NCBI GenBank assembly: GCA_963828535.1
Contig: CAWHEM010000010.1
Location: 7,280-71,279, forward strand
DNA length: 64,000 nt
Source of the DNA: an uncultured Solirubrobacterales bacterium
GTDB lineage: Bacteria > Actinomycetota > Thermoleophilia > Solirubrobacterales > Solirubrobacteraceae
Direction of reading: 5' to 3'
Shown: in pieces, positions 58,166 through 64,000 of the stretch
How the letters are laid out: every line of letters begins with the position of its first letter
How positions within the stretch are numbered: the stretch's first letter is position 1
Notes under the pieces: model-generated
Databases searched by the model: none
Seen by the model: only the letters and a program-made list of their open reading frames with translations
Told to the model about the DNA's origin: nothing
Position numbers and translations under genes: made by a program

Positions 58166-58720
58166 ATGACCGTCAACCTGACTCGCATCTACACCCGTCT
58201 CGGCGACGACGGAGAGACCCATCTTGGCGATATGAGCCGGGTGCCGAAGACCCATCCTCGGATCGAGGCCTACGGCACGGTCGATGAGCTGAACGCCCAA
58301 ATCGGCGTCACCCTGACCATCGCCGGATTGCCGGCGGACTACGACCCGTGGCTCCGACGCATCCAGAACGACCTGTTCGACGTTGGCGCTGACATCTCGG
58401 CGCCGGAGGACCGCGAGCGACAGCGACTGCGCGTCCTGCCAGAGCAGACGGAGTGGCTCGAGCAGCGCTGTGACGAGGTCAACGCGACACTTGCGCCTCT
58501 GAAGTCGTTTGTGCTCCCGGGTGGTAGCGCCGCGGCGGCGCACCTGCACGTGTGCCGTACGGTGTGCCGGCGGGCCGAACGCCTGGCCATCGCGTGTGGC
58601 GCCGAGGTGGGCGCTGAGGTGGTGCGCTACCTCAACCGCCTCTCGGACCTGCTGTTCATCCTCAGCCGCGGGGCCAACGGCGGCGAGGAGCCGCTGTGGG
58701 AACCTGGGCGCTTTCGATAA
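58166..58720 (+). CDS. pduO: Cob(I)alamin adenosyltransferase, PduO type
   Basis: TRIYTRLGDDGET, YGTVDELN, FVLPGG, RTVCRRAER, YLNRLSD. Confidence 0.93.
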   Translation: MTVNLTRIYTRLGDDGETHLGDMSRVPKTHPRIEAYGTVDELNAQIGVTLTIAGLPADYDPWLRRIQNDLFDVGADISAPEDRERQRLRVLPEQTEWLEQRCDEVNATLAPLKSFVLPGGSAAAAHLHVCRTVCRRAERLAIACGAEVGAEVVRYLNRLSDLLFILSRGANGGEEPLWEPGRFR

Positions 58721-58751
58721 GCAACGCCGCCGAAATTTTTGAATCGGGGCA

Positions 58752-59606
58752 CTAGCGCCGGAGTACCAGCATCACGCATGTGGCCAGCGCGGCCGCCGTC
58801 GCGGCGATGGCCGCCGCGCCGACGACGAACGCGTGATGCAACTGCGCGTAACTGACGACCTGGTGCGGGCGCGCGAACACGACCACGAGCGCCAGCAGCA
58901 GGGCTCCGCCGAGTACCGCTGCGGGAGGTCCGAGCGCCTCGCTCAGAGAGAGCTTTACCGCCGCTTCCCCGGCCGCGGGCTGGCGCCTGCGCGAGTCGGC
59001 GACGAACACCGCCGCCACACCCAGCAGCGACCAGGCTGCCGCGACCAGGAACCCGCCGATCACGTCACTCGCGTAGTGCCACTCCAGGGACAGAAACGAG
59101 AAGCTCACCGCGACGGCGAAGGCCGCCCCTAAGGTGGCCACCAGCGGCCGCAGGCGAGCCGGCGCGGCGAGGACGCAACACAGCGCCAGTGCCAGCGCCG
59201 CGGTGGCGTGGCCGCTGGGCCATGACGCCGGCGAAACCGGCTTGACGCCCGCGAGCAGATCGGCGGCCCTCGGAGCGGCCAGCAGCGGCTTGAGCAGCTG
59301 GGTGGTGACGTTGGCCCCCAGCAGGATCGCGCCGATGGCCACGCCTACCCACATCCGCCGGCGCGCGAGCGCCACGGCGACCGGCACGACGGCCAGGTAA
59401 ACGTAGGGCGACGGGTTGCACAGGCGGGCGATGAAGGTCGCGAGCGAGCCGACCCGCGGATGCTGGCCGAGGTTGCCGAAACCGTTGTAGATCGACTGGT
59501 CGGCCCGCTGCGCGATGCCCACGTGAAAGGCCAAGAACCACGTGAGGATCAGCAACCCGACCGCGGCCGCCGCGCCAAGGAGCGCGAACACGGCACGTCT
59601 GGGCAT
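58752..59606 (-). CDS. PAP2-family membrane phosphatase
   Basis: K..R, SWPSGH, HYASDVIGG motifs; multiple TMs. Confidence 0.85.
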   Translation of the reverse strand: MPRRAVFALLGAAAAVGLLILTWFLAFHVGIAQRADQSIYNGFGNLGQHPRVGSLATFIARLCNPSPYVYLAVVPVAVALARRRMWVGVAIGAILLGANVTTQLLKPLLAAPRAADLLAGVKPVSPASWPSGHATAALALALCCVLAAPARLRPLVATLGAAFAVAVSFSFLSLEWHYASDVIGGFLVAAAWSLLGVAAVFVADSRRRQPAAGEAAVKLSLSEALGPPAAVLGGALLLALVVVFARPHQVVSYAQLHHAFVVGAAAIAATAAALATCVMLVLRR

Positions 59607-59682
59607 GTTTAGAAGGGTACTGCGGCGCCTCACTGGCCCCTAAACGCGGCCCGACGCCTGACTGGCAGAGCGTCTGGCACCC

Positions 59683-60255
59683 CTATTGCGGTGCCGGCGC
59701 AGCCTTGCGGCTGATCTTCATCTCCGGAGAAATCCCCGTGCGGCGAACGTGCTCGTAATGCTCCACGTCCTCAGGCGAGGCCACCTCGATGCTCAAGTCC
59801 GCAGCAAGTTCGAAGCGTCCGGCCTCGTAGAGCAGTTCCTGGTAGCGGGGCACGCCGGGCGGGCGTCCCTCGACATCGATGTCGTGCTCGCCGCAGCGCA
59901 AGGTCCACCGCTGGCTGCGCACGAGCTTCTCCGCGTTGAGCTTGACCGGGACGGTGTCGGCGCCTGCCTCGCCGTCGGAGCCGGTGTCCATCCGTAGCCG
60001 CGCGTGCGCGGCCCACAGCGCGCGCGCCAGACGGTCGAGGTTGCGCCCGTACGGAGCCGGAACGATCGAGACGGCACCCCGGGCACCTGACTCCCCACGA
60101 ACCGCTTTGGCGACGGGGCCGACGAGGACGAACTCGACTCGGCTGGCCCGGAGCCAACGCATGACAGCGATCCAGTGCTCGTCCAGATGCTCGAAACCTT
60201 GCGTGGGTTTGGCGGGCCCGGGCTCGATGCGGGGCGGGCGATGTCTAAGGAGCAT
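59683..60255 (-). CDS. Hypothetical protein resembling a degenerate minimal nucleotidyltransferase
   Basis: VEFVLVGPVA..VSIVPAPYGRNLDRLARAL..DIDV..VASPED. Confidence 0.55.
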   Translation of the reverse strand: MLLRHRPPRIEPGPAKPTQGFEHLDEHWIAVMRWLRASRVEFVLVGPVAKAVRGESGARGAVSIVPAPYGRNLDRLARALWAAHARLRMDTGSDGEAGADTVPVKLNAEKLVRSQRWTLRCGEHDIDVEGRPPGVPRYQELLYEAGRFELAADLSIEVASPEDVEHYEHVRRTGISPEMKISRKAAPAPQ

Positions 60256-60291
60256 GTGGTTGCGATTCGCCCCAAGGCGCCGGATTCCTTC

Positions 60292-62229
60292 CTAATTCAC
60301 ACCCGCCGGGGCTCGCAGCGGCTGGGAGCGTGCAGCGGGCGGAGCCGACTCGGCTGGTTCTACCGGTGGGGTCTCGATGACCACTCGGCACGGCCGATGA
60401 GCGAGCAGGTAGCTGGCCGTCGGTCCGAGCGCGCGCTCGGCGGCCGGCGCGTGCGCGGTCGCGAGGTAGATGATCTCGGCCTGCGAGCGCACGGCCTCCT
60501 CGACGATGGCGGCGCCGGGGTTGCGAGTGCGGATCAGATGCGTGTGCACCTTCAGACCGGCCTTCCGGCCGGTGACCTTCGCGCTCTCGAGGACGCTGAG
60601 GCCAAGGCTCTCCTCTTCTTCGAGGCCGGCGTCAAGCGATAGCTGGTTCGGAACCCGGAGCACGTAGACCGCCTCGACGAGGGCTCCCTCCCCCACTAGC
60701 TTGGCAGCAGATCGCAACGACGAGGCGTCGACATCAGCGCCGAAGATAGGAACCAGCGCAGAGCGGTATTCCAGCTCGACGAAATGGGCTGGGCGTACCC
60801 GGTGCGGAATCTTGTGGTGAGAGGTGAGGTCGAGGCCCTGGCGTCGGCGGAAGATCACGTAGCCGGCGAGGCCGACGATCATCCAGCAGGTACCGACATA
60901 GCGGGCATCGACGTGCAGGGCCAGCACCGACACCCAGGCCGCGAAGGTGCCGGCTCCCCCGATTACCGCGGTCAGCGGCAACTGCCTTCCCCTGATCCCG
61001 ATGTTCCACGGCATGCGATAGGGGCGGTCGAGCTCTGGTTCCTTGAAGCGCAGCGCGATCACCGCCGCGTGCGCGGTCGTGAACGACAGCATTGCGCCGA
61101 AGGAGTAGAGGTTTCCGAGGAAGTCGGTCTGGCCCGGGATGAGCAAGATCCCGGCGAAGATCGAGAACACGACGATCGTGAACCAGGGGGTGCGGTAGCG
61201 CTTGTGTAGGCGGGCGAAGATGCTCGGCAGCTGCCGGTGCTCGGCCAGTGACCAGGACAGACGGGAGATCCCGATCAGCCCCGCATTCGTGGCGATGAAC
61301 AGGATCGTCGCGGCGAGGATGCCGACGTAGTAGCGCAGCACGTGGGTGATCCCGGCGGGAAGGCCGAGGTGCTCGACGATCCCCAGCACCGGGTCGTTCT
61401 GAAAGCCGCCCTGCTGCGGCGGCAGCCCGAGCAGCGTCTGTGCGTGGGCGCCGTTGCCGGTCACCGGCAGTGCCGATAGCGCGACCACGGTCATTCCGGC
61501 GTACACGCCGAGCACGGCGATCAGGATCAGGTTGACCGCCCGGGGGACGTCCTTTCCCGGGTCGCGGGCCTCCTCCGCCATGTTCGAGACGGTCTCGATC
61601 CCGGTGTAGGCGAGCATGGCCAGCGACAGCGCGAAGATCAGATGCGAGAACGTCGGAACCGAGCCGAGGTGCACCTGGTTGATCAGTCGTGATGGGTTGA
61701 GGACCAGGAAGAACCCGAAGGCGATGATGATGATCTGGGTGAGCAGATCCGCGATGGCGAGGAAGAAGTTGAGCTTCGCCGACTCGCCGATCCCGCGGAT
61801 ATTCAGCCAGGCCAGCACCGCGATCACACCCAGGCCGCCGATCACGTCCCCGGGCGGATGGGTGAGCGCGGGCCAGAACGCACCCAGGTAGTGCGGGACG
61901 AAGAAGGCCGAGATGGCGATGGTGAGGATGTAGTCGAGGGTCAGCGCCCAACCGGCGAAGAAGGACACGAACTCGTTGAAGGCGTGCCGGGCGAACGACG
62001 AGGAGCCGCCCGCCTCCGGGAACATCGCGGAGCCCTCGGCGTAGGTTTTCGCCGTCAGCGCGAACAGCCCGCCGGCGAGCATGAACACGATCGGTGTGAG
62101 CCCTAGCGCGAAGGCGGCGACCAGCCCCAGGGCGTAGTAGATCGACGAGCCAACGTTTCCGTAGGCGGTCGAGAACAATCCGCCGAGACCTACGCTGCGC
62201 CGGAGCCCGTGGTTTTCGATGCGAGCCAT
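60292..62229 (-). CDS. APC-family permease fused to a C-terminal universal stress protein domain
   Basis: YGNVGSSIYY, EAGGSSSF, LAYTGIET, ~12 TMs; C-terminal GAAIVEEA..LGPTASYLLAHRPCRV. Confidence 0.88.
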   Translation of the reverse strand: MARIENHGLRRSVGLGGLFSTAYGNVGSSIYYALGLVAAFALGLTPIVFMLAGGLFALTAKTYAEGSAMFPEAGGSSSFARHAFNEFVSFFAGWALTLDYILTIAISAFFVPHYLGAFWPALTHPPGDVIGGLGVIAVLAWLNIRGIGESAKLNFFLAIADLLTQIIIIAFGFFLVLNPSRLINQVHLGSVPTFSHLIFALSLAMLAYTGIETVSNMAEEARDPGKDVPRAVNLILIAVLGVYAGMTVVALSALPVTGNGAHAQTLLGLPPQQGGFQNDPVLGIVEHLGLPAGITHVLRYYVGILAATILFIATNAGLIGISRLSWSLAEHRQLPSIFARLHKRYRTPWFTIVVFSIFAGILLIPGQTDFLGNLYSFGAMLSFTTAHAAVIALRFKEPELDRPYRMPWNIGIRGRQLPLTAVIGGAGTFAAWVSVLALHVDARYVGTCWMIVGLAGYVIFRRRQGLDLTSHHKIPHRVRPAHFVELEYRSALVPIFGADVDASSLRSAAKLVGEGALVEAVYVLRVPNQLSLDAGLEEEESLGLSVLESAKVTGRKAGLKVHTHLIRTRNPGAAIVEEAVRSQAEIIYLATAHAPAAERALGPTASYLLAHRPCRVVIETPPVEPAESAPPAARSQPLRAPAGVN

Positions 62230-62242
62230 CTGCCCGTCATCG

Positions 62243-62319
62243 AAGCTAGGCCCGGCCGCGTCAAGGTCCCGCTAAACATCGGGGCCTCGGCGTAGAGAAG
62301 TCGTTAAGCAGGGCGATAA
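62243..62319 (-). promoter_or_regulatory. Five helically phased hexamer repeats plus -10 box: candidate KdpE/OmpR-type operator
   Basis: Minus-strand TTATCG, TTAACG, TCTACG, TTAGCG, TTGACG at plus coordinates 62314, 62302, 62291, 62270, 62259 (spacing 12/11/21/11); TAGCTT at 62243-62248. Confidence 0.55.
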
Positions 62320-62364
62320 ATGCGCGACGCTGCCTCTCCGCGGAGGCTGTGCGCCCAGTACGCC

Positions 62365-63054
62365 CTACCCGGTCGGATCCCGCAGCCGGTACCCCACCCC
62401 CGGCTCGGTGACCAGATACTGCGGTCTAGACGCATCCGGCTCCAGCTTGGCCCGGATGTGGGCGACGTGAACGCGGAGGTAGTGGGTCTCGGCCCCGTAC
62501 TCGGGTCCCCACACCTCCTGCAGCAGCTGGCGGTGGGTGACCAGCCGACCATGGTGCTGCGCCAGCACGCGGACGAGCTCGAACTCGATCGGGGTCAGGT
62601 GCACCTCCTCGCCATCGCGGAGAACGCGCCGGTCGGCAAGGTCGACGACCACCCGCCCGAGGTCGAGCAGCGGGCTGCCCCCCGCCTCGATTGAGCGGCG
62701 CATCACGGCCCGCAGGCGGGCGAGGAGCTCGTCGGTGCCGAACGGCTTGGTGACGTAGTCGTCGGCGCCGGCATCCAGTGCGCGGACCTTCTCACGCTCG
62801 TCGCCGACGGCGGAGAGCACGAGGATCGGGAGCCGGCTCCAGCGTCTGACCTCCTCGCACACCTCGACGCCCTGGCCGTCTGGGAGGACGAGATCGAGCA
62901 CCAGCGCGTCGGGTGGTCTCAGCGCCAACGCGGTGAGCGCCTCCGCTTTGGTCTCGGCCGCCTCGACCGCGTACCCGGCGCTGCGCAGCACGATCTTCAG
63001 CCCCCGCACGATCTGCGGCTCATCGTCGACGACGAGCACCCGGGGAGCGCTCAC
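62365..63054 (-). CDS. kdpE: KdpE-like OmpR-family response regulator
   Basis: VLVVDDEPQI, LDLVLPD, KVRALDAGADDYVTKPFG, THRQLLQEVWGP..HYLRV..TEPGVGYR. Confidence 0.88.
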   Translation of the reverse strand: MSAPRVLVVDDEPQIVRGLKIVLRSAGYAVEAAETKAEALTALALRPPDALVLDLVLPDGQGVEVCEEVRRWSRLPILVLSAVGDEREKVRALDAGADDYVTKPFGTDELLARLRAVMRRSIEAGGSPLLDLGRVVVDLADRRVLRDGEEVHLTPIEFELVRVLAQHHGRLVTHRQLLQEVWGPEYGAETHYLRVHVAHIRAKLEPDASRPQYLVTEPGVGYRLRDPTG

Positions 63055-64000
63055 GAAACCGGCTCCGGCTGGGACACGACCGGGAAGCTGACCGCAAAGG
63101 CGGTGCCGCGATCGACGCCTGACTGGACCACGATCTGGCCGCCGTTGGCCTCGACGAAGCCTCGACAGATGGCGAGCCCGAGCCCTGAGCCCGCGCCGCT
63201 GCGACTGCGCCCGCGGAAGAACGGCTCGAACACGCGCGAGCGCAGCTGTGTGGGGATCCCGCGGCCTTGATCGATCACGCGCACCGTGACCCGTCCCGAT
63301 CCCATCCCGGCGGTGATCTGGACGGGAGCCTCGGGCGGGGAGAACTTGATCGCATTCTCGATCAGGTTCGAGAACACGCGCTCGAGCTGGGCGGCGTCCG
63401 CCCGGACGAGGGGCAGGTCGGGGGCGAGGCGGAACTCGATCGGGTGCTCGCTGCGCAGATGCCCGGCGGCCGAGGCCACCACATCGTGCAGGTCGCACCA
63501 GTCCTCGCGCGGCGCGACGGCGTCGGCCTCGATCTTCGAAAGGTCGAGCAGGTCCTCGACGAGCTTCGCCAGCCGTGCGCCCTCGGTCTCGATGACGTCG
63601 ATCAGCTCGGCGCGATCGTTCGTGGAGAGACCGACCGACCGCAGTCCGGACCCCGCGGTCGTAATCGCGGTCAGCGGCGTCCGCAGGTCATGCGAGATGG
63701 CGTGCAGAATCGCCGTCCGGGCAACGTCGGCGCGCCTGGCGGCTTCGGTTTCCGCGGCCCGTTCGGCCAGCCGCTCCCGCTCGACGGCAACGTCGATCAG
63801 CCGCCCGAGCGGCTCGGCGATCCGCTCGAGGTCGTCTTGCTCCCAACCGGTGTCGCGGGAGACATACAGCCAAGCCGTTCGGGTCCGCGCGCGCAGCGGC
63901 ATCGCCAACTCTTCCGGCCTCGGGGAGGGCACCGGCTCCAACGCGACACGGGCCCGGCTTGAACCGATGGCGCGCGCCAGACGCCCACCCAGCGTCTCCA
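63051..64000 (-). CDS. kdpD: KdpD-like sensor histidine kinase (C-terminal part; start lies beyond the window)
   Basis: AISHDLRTPL, NLIENAIKFS, DQGRG, GSGLGLAIC; stop overlaps the kdpE start. Confidence 0.75.
   Translation of the reverse strand, partial: ETLGGRLARAIGSSRARVALEPVPSPRPEELAMPLRARTRTAWLYVSRDTGWEQDDLERIAEPLGRLIDVAVERERLAERAAETEAARRADVARTAILHAISHDLRTPLTAITTAGSGLRSVGLSTNDRAELIDVIETEGARLAKLVEDLLDLSKIEADAVAPREDWCDLHDVVASAAGHLRSEHPIEFRLAPDLPLVRADAAQLERVFSNLIENAIKFSPPEAPVQITAGMGSGRVTVRVIDQGRGIPTQLRSRVFEPFFRGRSRSGAGSGLGLAICRGFVEANGGQIVVQSGVDRGTAFAVSFPVVSQPEPVS

Overview
Very GC-rich (roughly 70%) chromosomal window. Gene content and style point to an actinobacterium, most likely Thermoleophilia/Solirubrobacterales (inference). 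Many essential genes are split by single-base frameshifts (serA/serC, ilvB/C, menB/C/D/E/F/H, gatA/B, folP, glpD, pcrA), which looks like unpolished long-read error rather than pseudogenization, so several CDS boundaries below were stitched by hand. Housekeeping content: branched-chain amino acid genes (cimA, ilvE, leuB, leuDC, leuA, ilvC, ilvBN), serC-serA, a near-complete classical menaquinone cluster, gatCAB, folD, pcrA, folP, glpD, pntAA/AB/B, a cobalamin ECF transporter with pduO, and KdpDE followed by an APC-USP permease. Four cis-regulatory RNAs are readable directly: a Leu-rich leuA leader peptide/attenuator, a ZTP riboswitch before serC, a c-di-AMP riboswitch before an M23 gene and a cobalamin riboswitch. 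Best candidates for undescribed biology: (1) a frameshift-hidden two-gene module of a ~75-aa protein ending in -PIAGG plus a membrane-anchored Cys-containing partner, possibly a minimal ubiquitin-like system; (2) a B12 ECF system that seems to encode a split transcobalamin-like capture device; (3) a Rho homolog lacking its catalytic glutamate and its Q/R loops. No rRNA, tRNA, CRISPR array or transposase was seen.
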